IMG/VR virus record: IMGVR_UViG_3300036966_000119
Location: 32,001 to 96,000 of that record
Strand: one strand, 5' to 3'
Origin: a virus
Lineage: Duplodnaviria > Caudoviricetes
DNA: 64,000 nt
Positions 18,088-28,176 of this stretch are shown here, one piece after another. The number at the start of each line of letters is the position of its first letter. Position 1 is the stretch's first letter. The notes under the pieces were generated by a model, which did no database searches, was not told where the DNA came from, and worked only from the letters and a program-made list of their open reading frames with translations. The position numbers were made by a program, and so were the translations under genes.

Positions 18088-18116
18088 TATATCCCGGGGT
18101 TGTCCCCCGGGATATA
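18088..18116. terminator. Hairpin terminator
   Basis: TATATCCCGGGG-TTGTC-CCCCGGGATATA. Confidence 0.75.
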
Positions 18117-18121
18117 AATTA

Positions 18122-20404
18122 TCATGATAATGTCGCTCTGATTACCTTGATGGCAGGAACGTGCTTAGGTCTCTCAGGGGGTATTGACATTGTTGATATA
18201 GGTAATGTATCAACATGAATTGTTGATGTTCTTGTGTCTGCATGATTCAGTACAATAGTCTGTTCCTTATCGACACAGAATACTGCTATAAGATCATCCT
18301 GAGGTGATAATGTTATTATCGGTTTAGGATCTGCAAACTTCTTTCCTGTTATAAGGAACTTGGAATGATTAAGTCTAATACGACCGAGTCTGGTAACATA
18401 GACTAAATACGGCTTCTTAGAATTAATACAGAACATACCAGATACCTCATAACCAGAGAGAATGAACTGACCAACAGAATCAACTGAGGTAACCTTATTG
18501 AGGTCCTTAGTCTGGATTCGTTTACCAAGTCCGTCGTTTGTGTATATGAGTATATCAGATGTTGTTTTATCAGGTACCTCTAATACAGTCACAATATATT
18601 CATCTGATCCTAATGGAATCAATGGTTTTCTTGTTGCATTAGAAGGTATTCTGGATATTGGCATATACTTTATACGTCCCTTGTTGGTGAGCATGATAAT
18701 GTTATTGCTCTGGTTAGATACAGCAGCAACACATTTGCCCATAACATTCTTACCGATTGATGTAAGTGTCATCGGTTTATCATGAGGAACCTTATGTGTA
18801 TTAACCTTAAGAAATCCACCGAATTCATCTATAAGACAAACCTCGTCTCCTGTCACAGGAGTTACATCAGATGCCAGATGCTCAGGGTTTTCTGTTTCAG
18901 CAAATACGATTCCACCATCGAGAAGTATCTGTACAATACCAATATTGACATTGTCAGATTTACCAAGATTAAGTATCTTGGATTTACGAGGACAACCGTA
19001 TTTATCTTTGATTTCCTTAATTTCTCCTATTATGACATCTTTTATCTTATTAGGATCATTAACGATTTCTCTTATGTAAACTATCTCTTCGTTGATCTGG
19101 TCCATTTCCTCCTGGACTTTCTTGTGTGTTGATGAATTGAGTTCCCATAATCTCTTCTCAGCAACATAGTTTGCTTGAGATGTGGTTACTTCTCCATCGT
19201 ATAATTTCACAAGTGCCGGGATGATATCTTCTTTTGATTTACATGCTCTAACGGTTTTGATTGTCTTATCAAGATTCTTTGGAGACAACATAAACAGTAC
19301 ACCTTTAAGCATATCGAATCTATGAGTCTTCTCAACAAGTTCTCTCAGGAACCATCCTCGTTTATATTCCAAACGGAACTGAATCCATGATGATAATATC
19401 TGTCGTGTATTAAACTTCTTTGTCATGAAGTCTGTATCTACAACAACCATGTTTCTTGTTGATATACCATCGCGGAATCCTGGAACTCGTTTGAACAATG
19501 TATCGAGTATCTTATACAGATTACATGGAGAACAACGAATGACATATCTGAAATCATTTTCCAATAATTCAGATTCATCTTCAGCAGATAATATCTCGGG
19601 TATCTTGTTTGGACTTTCCTGGAGAGCACGTAAATCATTATCAATCTTTTCCAGATACTTAAGATATGGAGTATTCTTAATAGTGATTACATAGTTTGCC
19701 ATATCAAGTTCAAATGAAGACTGCATAACAAATGTGTCATCATTTACTACAATGATATCACATCCCGTAGGCAAATCCGGTACAAGCTTTATCTTAGCAT
19801 CAGGATTCTTCAATAACTTAATAGTTGCATCAGCAACCTCGGACAGATTGAATGGTGGAACCTCTGATGATAATGTATATCCAATACCCGCAGTACCATT
19901 GACAAGAATCAATGGGAACTTTGCAGGAAGACAGAAAGGTTCTGTTGATGTATCATCATACGATGGTTTCATGGATACCTTTCCATCAAATTCATCAAAT
20001 AATGCATCCAATGTAAACTTAGGTAAATAGATATCCAGATATCTTGGTGCGGCAGCATCATCACCAGATGTTACGTTACCTGCATTACCTGTTGCTTCCA
20101 CCAGTGGGATGTTATTTGTAAATGGTTGACACATTCTTGCGATTGTGTCACCAAGACCCTGGTCACCGTGAGGATGTAACTTCATGAGATCACCCATGAT
20201 TACATTTACACGAACCTTTGATGTTCTGTGGAACATGTACATCTGATACAGGAATCTTCTTTGTACAGGTTTAAGTCCATCCTGTACCATAGGAATAGCT
20301 CTCTGGAGATTGATATTAACACCGAACAGACACATGTACCTCATGGCCAGAGGTCCAAGATCGACGTCCGGAATATTCTCATCTCCATATTTGTTCTTTG
20401 CCAT
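18122..20404 (-). CDS. gyrA: Type IIA topoisomerase subunit A (GyrA/ParC)
   Basis: RAIP..QDGLKPVQRR, HPHGD, AAAPRY (catalytic Tyr), LVNGTAGI; beta-pinwheel-like C-terminal repeats. Confidence 0.93.
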   Translation of the reverse strand: MAKNKYGDENIPDVDLGPLAMRYMCLFGVNINLQRAIPMVQDGLKPVQRRFLYQMYMFHRTSKVRVNVIMGDLMKLHPHGDQGLGDTIARMCQPFTNNIPLVEATGNAGNVTSGDDAAAPRYLDIYLPKFTLDALFDEFDGKVSMKPSYDDTSTEPFCLPAKFPLILVNGTAGIGYTLSSEVPPFNLSEVADATIKLLKNPDAKIKLVPDLPTGCDIIVVNDDTFVMQSSFELDMANYVITIKNTPYLKYLEKIDNDLRALQESPNKIPEILSAEDESELLENDFRYVIRCSPCNLYKILDTLFKRVPGFRDGISTRNMVVVDTDFMTKKFNTRQILSSWIQFRLEYKRGWFLRELVEKTHRFDMLKGVLFMLSPKNLDKTIKTVRACKSKEDIIPALVKLYDGEVTTSQANYVAEKRLWELNSSTHKKVQEEMDQINEEIVYIREIVNDPNKIKDVIIGEIKEIKDKYGCPRKSKILNLGKSDNVNIGIVQILLDGGIVFAETENPEHLASDVTPVTGDEVCLIDEFGGFLKVNTHKVPHDKPMTLTSIGKNVMGKCVAAVSNQSNNIIMLTNKGRIKYMPISRIPSNATRKPLIPLGSDEYIVTVLEVPDKTTSDILIYTNDGLGKRIQTKDLNKVTSVDSVGQFILSGYEVSGMFCINSKKPYLVYVTRLGRIRLNHSKFLITGKKFADPKPIITLSPQDDLIAVFCVDKEQTIVLNHADTRTSTIHVDTLPISTMSIPPERPKHVPAIKVIRATLS

Positions 20405-20417
20405 TTATATTCCTCCT

Positions 20418-22223
20418 TTAATTTGAAATGGTTGACAATCTTGCATCCAATTCTTCAAATATCTCTGAGATTGTTGGTTCACCAAACCAGTTAGACATTA
20501 AGGACAACTCATTTCCATTCTTATATGAGTTTACTATAGGACCTGTCATATCTTCATCATGTGGTTTGTTCTTAGAATCATACCACAGGTATTCTTGATT
20601 GAATGAGTGATTAACACATTGGTTGCTTGTGAATACTTGGTTGTTTATTTTACACTTAAACAACAATGACATTGGATCCATATTCATACCCATCTTTGTT
20701 GATGGATAATATGAAGCAGCGTCAGCATCAAGTACACCAAACATTATGTTGTTTATCTTCTTACCATTCAATATTTGTCCGGTTGGCGCATTATGAATAG
20801 TAGGAGCAACAAACGCACCCTTGAATGATGTGTCAAGATTGGGGTCAATTATAAGTTTACATGCCTGAACATAACCTTCATCTTCAAAGATAAATTCACG
20901 AATGTTACGTACGATATGTGTTTCCTGGAAACACTTTGAATATTGGGTTGCGAACATATAAGAACGACCAACCAGTGACTGGAAATCAGCAGCCGCCAAC
21001 TCAATAGCGAACTGCACAACAACGTCTCTGACGTTATATAATATGAACTTCAAAAAGTCTGTGTAAGCAAACTGTCTGAAGGATCCAGATTTAGTTTGTG
21101 TCAACTTATCTATTCCTGCAAGATCTTTACCAACTGATGACAATCCATAACTTCTACGTTCTGCTTGTGATTTTCTTATCATAGCAAACAGTCTCATTTG
21201 ACAAATATAAACTGTGTAAGTTGATGTATGGAACCAATCACGAGAGTTCTTCAATGAGAAGTTATTCGACTTATCCTCAGAATAATATAAATGATCTGTT
21301 TTGAATTCTTTTGGAATCATGAAGTCTCTTGGGTCATAACCAAGATATGAGATACGATTCATCAAATAGTTATCATCAAACTTGGCATTCCAAGATGTCA
21401 TAAACATAGGACGATATTTGTTGATATAATCAAATACTGTCTTAATCAATTTAATCTCATCATTGAAGTCGAAGATATGTAATCGGATATCAAATCCTTC
21501 AAGATACTTTTTATTATCTTCATCTTCTTCAACTATCATCCGTTTGAATTCTTCTTGATGATCAACCATCCAATCAAATTCCACTTTCTGTTTATCCAAT
21601 AACATATGGAACTTAGGATGTATCTTGTGTTTTGGTCTTGGTCCTAATACTAAGACTGCACAGATTTTCTTATGCGGTAATATGATTGTGACCGCATTAA
21701 CTGGTTGAGTTACATCAGTGATATCCTTTGGATCAACAGTCTTATCGATTACATCAATCTCTATATCAAGGAAACCATATGTGACCTGGGATACATCAAT
21801 TTGGTCACCATACTTCTGTAACCACCGGAGTCTAAAATAGACATCCAGTACAAAGTCTGCTTTAAATACCCAAGGACACCTACACATATATTCTGCTAAA
21901 TCATGTGTAGACTTAGTCTTTGAATTTTCATCAAAGTATTTCTTCCATTCACCTCCTATGTTTTGAGCTATTGCTAAAGGTATTTGAGATACTTTGCAAT
22001 AGACTGGATAACACTTATCCATTTCAGCTTGAGAGATTTGATATGTGTTAGTACGATATTCTTCTTTGAGAAACCAGATATCTACTATAGCTTCTTCATA
22101 TTTAACCTCAAGCTGATGTGTTATTGGATCAAGATAGACAACTTCAAAACACTCAGGTTTACGATAATACCTGACATCGAAAAGTATACTACCTTCAGGA
22201 TAATCCAAATCTCTTGGTTTCAT
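20418..22223 (-). CDS. polB: Family B DNA polymerase, N-terminal subunit (exonuclease plus motif A) of a split enzyme
   Basis: ExoI FLDIEID, ExoII WNAKFD, ExoIII YNVRD, FKGAFV, motif A DAASYYPS. Motifs B and C are absent. Confidence 0.88.
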   Translation of the reverse strand: MKPRDLDYPEGSILFDVRYYRKPECFEVVYLDPITHQLEVKYEEAIVDIWFLKEEYRTNTYQISQAEMDKCYPVYCKVSQIPLAIAQNIGGEWKKYFDENSKTKSTHDLAEYMCRCPWVFKADFVLDVYFRLRWLQKYGDQIDVSQVTYGFLDIEIDVIDKTVDPKDITDVTQPVNAVTIILPHKKICAVLVLGPRPKHKIHPKFHMLLDKQKVEFDWMVDHQEEFKRMIVEEDEDNKKYLEGFDIRLHIFDFNDEIKLIKTVFDYINKYRPMFMTSWNAKFDDNYLMNRISYLGYDPRDFMIPKEFKTDHLYYSEDKSNNFSLKNSRDWFHTSTYTVYICQMRLFAMIRKSQAERRSYGLSSVGKDLAGIDKLTQTKSGSFRQFAYTDFLKFILYNVRDVVVQFAIELAAADFQSLVGRSYMFATQYSKCFQETHIVRNIREFIFEDEGYVQACKLIIDPNLDTSFKGAFVAPTIHNAPTGQILNGKKINNIMFGVLDADAASYYPSTKMGMNMDPMSLLFKCKINNQVFTSNQCVNHSFNQEYLWYDSKNKPHDEDMTGPIVNSYKNGNELSLMSNWFGEPTISEIFEELDARLSTISN

Positions 22224-22288
22224 TTATGATATTCCTCCTTTGGTTAATTTGAGAAATGATTTTGTTTACAGTACCTCCTTTTCGAAAG

Positions 22289-22299
22289 AATAATATATC
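22289..22299 (-). promoter_or_regulatory. Putative early promoter for the pol-topoisomerase operon
   Basis: GATATATTATT upstream of polB. Confidence 0.55.
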
Positions 22300-22310
22300 T
22301 ATTTAGAGAA

Positions 22311-22513
22311 TGAATAAATTGTGATCGAACGAAGTGAGATCTTAATTTATTCAATTCGACTCTGGAGGGAGTTTGAGGGAACCAAATTTATGAGGTTCCC
22401 TCAATATTACTGTTTTGATTTTATCTTTTTTAATATAAAAATATAATTCCGGAGAAACTCCGCGATAATTTTTGTTCTCTGGAACAGAGATACAGAAAGA
22501 GAAACCCAGAGAA
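22311..22513. other. Cluster of four non-coding inverted repeats
   Basis: Hairpins at 22311-22353, 22373-22404, 22450-22462 and 22475-22513. Confidence 0.7.
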
Positions 22514-22540
22514 TGATGGCTAAAATAACACACCTCTAAA

Positions 22541-22611
22541 TATATATTATTAATATGAGAAAAGAATAAGAATACGCTTATTCATCTCTCTTACTTTAAA
22601 GGAGGAATTAT
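22541..22611 (+). promoter_or_regulatory. Diverged third copy of the promoter-hairpin-RBS cassette
   Basis: TATATATTATTAATATGAGAAAA-GAATAAG..CTTATTC..TCTC..TTTAAAGGAGGAAT. Confidence 0.75.
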
Positions 22612-22815
22612 ATGTTAACAAACATGCTTATTTGTTTAATGATTCTTGTGATGTTTATCGTCCTTGGAGCAATCTTCACCAATTCTCCGTTAGGAGATAA
22701 TCTTGCAGGAATCATCACGGTCATTTATATGATTCCAATGTTTATGGTATTATTAACGTTAGCACTCATGGCAACACCGATTCATTGGATTAGCAGGAAG
22801 TTAAGTAACAAGTAA
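22612..22815 (+). CDS. Small early membrane protein (2 TM)
   Basis: 67 aa, almost wholly hydrophobic, basic C-terminus. Confidence 0.7.
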   Translation: MLTNMLICLMILVMFIVLGAIFTNSPLGDNLAGIITVIYMIPMFMVLLTLALMATPIHWISRKLSNK

Positions 22816-22818
22816 GTC

Positions 22819-22835
22819 GGGGGCCTTGAGCCCCC
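22819..22835. terminator. Hairpin terminator
   Basis: GGGGGC-CTTGA-GCCCCC. Confidence 0.6.
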
Positions 22836-22868
22836 AATATAATAATTTTTGTAGAAAGAAGGATTGAT

Positions 22869-23111
22869 ATGAAATATAAAGATTTCGATATATCCAAGAT
22901 TCCTTGGGATCAACAAGATGATGATCTCATCTTTGATGATGACGATGAAATCATTGAAGACGAACTGGAAGATGTTCCCATTGGTGAAGAAACCGATGAG
23001 AATACCGAGTCGTATCAATATAATCAAGATACGGCGGACATAACAGACTTGATACCCGAAGAGTATCTTGTCGATGAAGAAAATAAAAAGAAGGATACAC
23101 AGGGCAATTAA
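22869..23111 (+). CDS. Small highly acidic protein
   Basis: RBS GAAGGA; D/E-rich, 80 aa. Confidence 0.65.
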   Translation: MKYKDFDISKIPWDQQDDDLIFDDDDEIIEDELEDVPIGEETDENTESYQYNQDTADITDLIPEEYLVDEENKKKDTQGN

Positions 23112-23123
23112 GCCCTGTGTATT
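23094..23123. terminator. Bidirectional hairpin terminator
   Basis: ATACACAGGGC-AATTAA-GCCCTGTGTAT between convergent genes. Confidence 0.75.
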
Positions 23124-23125
23124 TT

Positions 23126-24130
23126 TTAACATAAACCGAATTGTTTTCCCAATGCAGTTATTTGGGGTTTATTATTACCTTCATCAGCGTCAAAATCATT
23201 TGATTGATTTGCTTTTGTGTTTACATAGTCTATTGCCTTTGCAACATCAGCATCCACATCTTTTATCTTATTAAGATGGAATGCGAAATTATAGTCAACA
23301 AGAACTTTATCTTGTTCTTTTGATGTAAAACATGTTTCATTGAGTATGTTGTTTACTTCTGTATCATTTTTTGTATTGAAACCGTATGGTGCATTTTCAT
23401 GCATCTTAGCTATCTCTTCTGCTAAAGAAAGAAAACGTTCATCCTTCGTTCCATTTGTTTTTCGGATCTCATTCTGCTCTTTCTTTAATGCCTTGATTTT
23501 TTTGATATATTTACATATCTCATATTCCTGCTTTGTTAAAACTCGTTTTGGCAATTTCATGCTAAATTCCGCATGTATGAAATTATTACCAGTATCACCG
23601 GTTGCTTTCTGTGCTACATTATAACCGGCTATACGATTTATTCTAACAAAGCAAGATTTACTGCTATTATATTTATCGATTATTTTACATAAACGAGCAA
23701 TAGCAATACTCTTTCCATCATATAATCTATTGATAATCTGTTGGATCATATTTGTCCTATGTTTCAATAGATCATTCAATGGATTACACGGTTCACCTTT
23801 TGCTTCCTTTGCTTTTTGAGATGCTTCGAATGCACCGATTATGAGTTCAGTAATTCTGAGGTTGTTATCAGCACCGGATTGTTTATGATTAAGAAAATCG
23901 AATCTGTATGTTCTATATTCATTTTCAACAGGAGCATTATCTGTTGCTGCTTCAGTAAATATAGATTGAGTAGATTCAATCAATTCATTGAAGAATGATT
24001 CTGTTATCATTCTATCATCATGAACATCTTGAATGAATTGCTGCTTATTCTCATAATTATTGATTGTTTCAAATACATCAAGCGATGCTTCGGTGATAAC
24101 ATCGTATATATTGTTTATTGTGTCATTCAC
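23126..24130 (-). CDS. Putative internal head protein with cleavable propeptide
   Basis: N-terminal VITEA, MITES and IFTEA motifs; propeptide resembles the family described below. Confidence 0.55.
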   Translation of the reverse strand: MNDTINNIYDVITEASLDVFETINNYENKQQFIQDVHDDRMITESFFNELIESTQSIFTEAATDNAPVENEYRTYRFDFLNHKQSGADNNLRITELIIGAFEASQKAKEAKGEPCNPLNDLLKHRTNMIQQIINRLYDGKSIAIARLCKIIDKYNSSKSCFVRINRIAGYNVAQKATGDTGNNFIHAEFSMKLPKRVLTKQEYEICKYIKKIKALKKEQNEIRKTNGTKDERFLSLAEEIAKMHENAPYGFNTKNDTEVNNILNETCFTSKEQDKVLVDYNFAFHLNKIKDVDADVAKAIDYVNTKANQSNDFDADEGNNKPQITALGKQFGLC

Positions 24131-24153
24131 AAAATCACCTACTTATTTAAATA

Positions 24154-24177
24154 TTTGGGGAGCATATGCTCCCCAAA
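24154..24177. terminator. Palindromic hairpin terminator
   Basis: TTTGGGGAGCATATGCTCCCCAAA. Confidence 0.75.
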
Positions 24178-24181
24178 ATAA

Positions 24182-25516
24182 TCATACTTTTCTGATATTT
24201 GATTTGGCAATTGCTGTTGTCACATTCTTACCATCTGAAGATATAACAACCCTGTCACCGTTTACTTCAAGAACCCAGTATGTTGATACAAACTGAGTGA
24301 ACTTCTTGCTTGTTCCGTATACTATAGGATTGATAATCTTTACCTTATCACCCTTCTTGACATCAGGTGTCTTATTAACAACCCAACCAAGACCACTCTT
24401 GAGTTTGCCGTATGTAACACCGTTGATCACTTTGTCTTCCACTATTGTGAATACACCTGTTGAACCAACAGTACCATTTGTAGCACCACCGGCAGTGATA
24501 AACACAAGATCAGTTGACTTCAAAGATACTCTATATTCTTTGAATGGTTCTGGCTTATTAGACTTCTCTTCAACAGCAGTGACCAGTGTCAAATACTTGG
24601 TGTTTATTGGAGACTGGATATTTCTGTTCTTGGCTTCATTAAGACCAACAACTGCTCTGTCGTTTGATATCGTAGAAATATACCAGTTTTCACGTTTTAC
24701 CCATTCAGGTATTCCGCCTCCGTTGTAATATACTGCATCAGAATTGATCTTAACCAAATCACCAACTTTGAATGTTGTGTTGGTTTTTGGTTTGGTTATT
24801 TCGAGTATAACCCATCCTGCACCACTCTTGAGTTTACCATACTTGGTATCACCAACAGTCTTTTCCTCAACGATTGTAAACTTGTTTGATACAGATATAT
24901 CACCAACACGTTTACCACCGGGAGCATCATAGATGTTTGTTCCGGCTGAAAGTGTAACAATTTTTCCTTCAACCTTTGGTGTGTCTTGTTCTGTTGATGA
25001 ATTCAGTAAAGCATTTACCTTATCACACAGATCCTGGGTATGTGCTTTCATCCAAGGTCCTGGACAACATGTTTCATTGAACATGTAATGATATGTGAGA
25101 GAACCGTCTGAGTTTCCTGTGAAGTATAACTTCTTGATGCCGTTTCTCTTGCATATATCAGCACAAAGCTTTATGAGTGAATTGTATGCGGCTGTTCCAA
25201 TAGGCCAACCTGAAGCATCACCATATGCGGAGTTTGATACTTCAATGGTGATAGCACGGTTATCGTTCCATGGTGATGAAGAACACCATGATCTATCCTG
25301 TTCTGGACAGAATAAACCTATACGACCATCGTTACCAATCGCATAGTTTGAAGACATCTGTCTACCAGGATTAGCAACGAGAGCACCAAACTGCTCAACC
25401 GACATTATACCTGCCATGTGATGAACAGTTATTTTTGTTATAGGCTGATTACGAGGTGAATTTCTATTGGGTGAAATTCTTGTGTAAGTAGCCAATGGAG
25501 AATTAGTATATGCCAT
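24182..25516 (-). CDS. Endolysin: N-acetylmuramoyl-L-alanine amidase (Amidase_2) with SH3-like wall-binding repeats
   Basis: ITVHHMA, SSNYAIG, AITIEV, H....TCCPG. Repeats FTIVE..YGKLKSG.GWV x2 and KVGDLVKI/KKGDKVKI x2. Confidence 0.92.
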   Translation of the reverse strand: MAYTNSPLATYTRISPNRNSPRNQPITKITVHHMAGIMSVEQFGALVANPGRQMSSNYAIGNDGRIGLFCPEQDRSWCSSSPWNDNRAITIEVSNSAYGDASGWPIGTAAYNSLIKLCADICKRNGIKKLYFTGNSDGSLTYHYMFNETCCPGPWMKAHTQDLCDKVNALLNSSTEQDTPKVEGKIVTLSAGTNIYDAPGGKRVGDISVSNKFTIVEEKTVGDTKYGKLKSGAGWVILEITKPKTNTTFKVGDLVKINSDAVYYNGGGIPEWVKRENWYISTISNDRAVVGLNEAKNRNIQSPINTKYLTLVTAVEEKSNKPEPFKEYRVSLKSTDLVFITAGGATNGTVGSTGVFTIVEDKVINGVTYGKLKSGLGWVVNKTPDVKKGDKVKIINPIVYGTSKKFTQFVSTYWVLEVNGDRVVISSDGKNVTTAIAKSNIRKV

Positions 25517-25535
25517 AACAATACCTCTCAATGAA

Positions 25536-25616
25536 TTATTCGTCCTCTCCTTTACCGTTGGAGAGTTCCTTGTTTGTTTCTTCTTCTAATGTGATCTCTT
25601 TCTCCTTGTCGTCCAT
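25536..25616 (-). CDS. 26-aa acidic micro-ORF upstream of the endolysin (not in ORF track)
   Basis: TAATG coupling to the upstream gene; MDDKEKEITLEEETNKELSNGKGEDE. Confidence 0.5.
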   Translation of the reverse strand: MDDKEKEITLEEETNKELSNGKGEDE

Positions 25617-26809
25617 TATTCATCATCCTCCTTACTATCGTTGTCAGAGCCGCCCTTACGAGCTTCCTCTTTCTTACGTTTATATTCAGCCTTAGCATCC
25701 TCTTTATGTTTCTTCTTGATATCCTTCATCTTACCGCGGATTTCTTTATCAGAAACATTCTTGATAGCTTCACGTCTGAGACGCTGTAGATAATCTTCAT
25801 CAGATTCACCATTCTTCTGAGGATTGTTCTTTCTAACTTCGTCTGTGATATATGTGTCAACTGCTTCAAGAGTATCTTCTTCAGATTGTTTCGCTGCTTC
25901 TTTTGCAGCACCACCGAGATTGAAGATGTTCTTTGCAAAATCAACGAACACTGAAACTGAACCAACAGCTCCTGTGATAATTGCATTAAGCTTTGTCATC
26001 TTTCCGGTGAGTTCTGTTGTATTCTTAAGAGCTTCTTGTACCTTTGGATTTTCTTTATCCTTGGCCATATCACGCATCCTAAGCTTTTCAGCCATTTTCT
26101 CAACACCACCAGAGATGAGTGTGAGTTCTCCTGTAAGAGACGTAATATGTTTCAAAGCATCACCCAATGCTTCAAAACCTCCCTCGAATATGTCACTTGT
26201 TGTGACATCTTTGTTGCCGTGTATAAGTTTATCGATATCGTCGATAAATGAACGAATCTTTGAAGGATTCTCATAATCAAATTCTTTCTCAATTCTGTGA
26301 TATAAATTCAGGGTAGAATTTGTGAGGACCATGAGGTATGTTGTTGTTGCAATGACACTCTTTGAATCCTTCTTAAACTTTATCTTGCCGGTCTTTTCAT
26401 CAATATAACATTCAGCCTTGCCATCGAATTCCTTATTGATTTCTTTGACCTTGGCCTCTTTGTCTTTTTCTTTGTTAAGTTTCTTACCAGCTTCCTTGAT
26501 CTTGTCACCAATGTCGGCATCTTTAAACTTTTTCTTGAGGACGTCAACAAGAGCTTTGATAAGACGAGGTATAAACATTAAAACAGTAACAAGTTTGTTA
26601 CTGTCTTTCTTACCCTCTTTCTTTACCTTATCAAGGACCTGTCCTTCCTGGAATATTGAATCATATTGATCGACATCACCGTCATAGTTTTCCATGATCA
26701 TTGAATATTTTTCAAAGTCAGCTATCATAGCTTCCATAACGGCTATCTCTGAATCCATACAAGATTCATCTATAGAGTCGATAGACTTTAAAACTTCATC
26801 ACGAATCAA
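25616..26809 (-). CDS. Internal head protein, paralog family
   Basis: RBS GGAGGT, TTG start. Propeptide IRDEVL...IFQEG, then the LMFIPRL amphipathic helix. Confidence 0.7.
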   Translation of the reverse strand: MIRDEVLKSIDSIDESCMDSEIAVMEAMIADFEKYSMIMENYDGDVDQYDSIFQEGQVLDKVKKEGKKDSNKLVTVLMFIPRLIKALVDVLKKKFKDADIGDKIKEAGKKLNKEKDKEAKVKEINKEFDGKAECYIDEKTGKIKFKKDSKSVIATTTYLMVLTNSTLNLYHRIEKEFDYENPSKIRSFIDDIDKLIHGNKDVTTSDIFEGGFEALGDALKHITSLTGELTLISGGVEKMAEKLRMRDMAKDKENPKVQEALKNTTELTGKMTKLNAIITGAVGSVSVFVDFAKNIFNLGGAAKEAAKQSEEDTLEAVDTYITDEVRKNNPQKNGESDEDYLQRLRREAIKNVSDKEIRGKMKDIKKKHKEDAKAEYKRKKEEARKGGSDNDSKEDDE

Positions 26810-26837
26810 AATAAAAACCTCCAATCTTAAATAATAT

Positions 26838-26863
26838 TGGGTGGATATATTTCAATCCACCCA
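26838..26863. terminator. Hairpin
   Basis: TGGGTGGAT-N8-ATCCACCCA. Confidence 0.65.
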
Positions 26864-26879
26864 TTTGTGTTATTGAATA

Positions 26880-28160
26880 TCATGCTTTCTTTTTCTTCGG
26901 AACAGCCTTATTCATTTCTTTCTTCTCTTTTCTGCTGAGATCAGATCTTGTCTCTTTATCTCCTCCGAAAAGACCCTTATCTGCAAGAGCATGTCTCTTC
27001 TTACCCGAGCTATCTTTCTGGTTCCAAAGAACGTCGCCGCGTTCATCAGAATTCTTGGCAACATCGACATTGATATCCATCTCATCGATTCTTTGTTGCA
27101 TATACTTGATTTTTTCTTCAAGATCAAGAATCTCTTCACGCTTCTTATCAGCATTCTTCTTGTCAGCCTTTGCAGTCTTATACTGCTGCTTGAGAGATTT
27201 AAGCTTGTTCTTCATCTCTCGAGTTTCCTGGCTGTCGTTCTGAAGCTCGATATCTTCCTCAGTGATTTCACCCTTCTTGAACTTACGATACAAAGGACCA
27301 CCGAAGACATATAATGCTTTTGAAATGATATTAAGACCAAAGGTCACACTCATGATATGTTTTGAACTGTTGGATATTTTGTCAAGGAGTTTCTTTGCAG
27401 AAGCCTGTTTTTCAACATTCTTACCATTCTCGAAATCTTCTCTCATCTTCTTTTCAAGAAGCATTGAGAGTTCAGATGTGAGACCACGAACACCCATTGA
27501 TGCTTTGTAGCCATCTGTGTAGAGTTCATAAAGTGTATCGACAGAGCAGTAGAATGTTTCTGAGTCAAGATCTTTCTTTCCCCTGAGGACGTCTGCAAGC
27601 TCTTTTACCATAGCATCATATTGTGTTTCACCACCCTTAAGTCTTGTTATAAATTTACTGAATAAAGATGGGAATGATGATATGATATATATTGAATTTC
27701 TTATGTGCTTCAGACCACGTTTAAGGACGAACTCTTTCTTGTTTGGATCAAAACCAAGATTGTCTTCTGTTGCTTTCTCAACCATTCCAGAAGCTGATGT
27801 CAGCTGTTGTGCATTTGCCGAAGCAATAACGTTCTTTGCAAGTTCGGAATTTTTAGCAATATCAGCCTCGTTGTTCTTTTTGAACAAGGAAGTTATTGCA
27901 TTAAAGATTCCCTGGAAGAGACGTGGTATGAATGCGATTAATTTCATTAATCCATTTTCAATTTTACCTTTACCGGTAGCTGTATCCCATACCTGTCCTT
28001 CCTGATAGATGTAATAATCATCTTCTGCATTATCCATCATCACAGAAATCTTTTCATATTCCTGAATGACAGAACAGAACACAGCCAGAATGGATTGATC
28101 AACACTTTCGTTTATGAGGTCTAAAGAACTTAAAACCTCATCACGAATTTCTTCATTCAT
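26880..28160 (-). CDS. Internal head protein, paralog family
   Basis: IRDEVL...IYQEG, then LIAFIPRL. Confidence 0.7.
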   Translation of the reverse strand: MNEEIRDEVLSSLDLINESVDQSILAVFCSVIQEYEKISVMMDNAEDDYYIYQEGQVWDTATGKGKIENGLMKLIAFIPRLFQGIFNAITSLFKKNNEADIAKNSELAKNVIASANAQQLTSASGMVEKATEDNLGFDPNKKEFVLKRGLKHIRNSIYIISSFPSLFSKFITRLKGGETQYDAMVKELADVLRGKKDLDSETFYCSVDTLYELYTDGYKASMGVRGLTSELSMLLEKKMREDFENGKNVEKQASAKKLLDKISNSSKHIMSVTFGLNIISKALYVFGGPLYRKFKKGEITEEDIELQNDSQETREMKNKLKSLKQQYKTAKADKKNADKKREEILDLEEKIKYMQQRIDEMDINVDVAKNSDERGDVLWNQKDSSGKKRHALADKGLFGGDKETRSDLSRKEKKEMNKAVPKKKKA

Positions 28161-28176
28161 TTACAGCACCTCCTCA

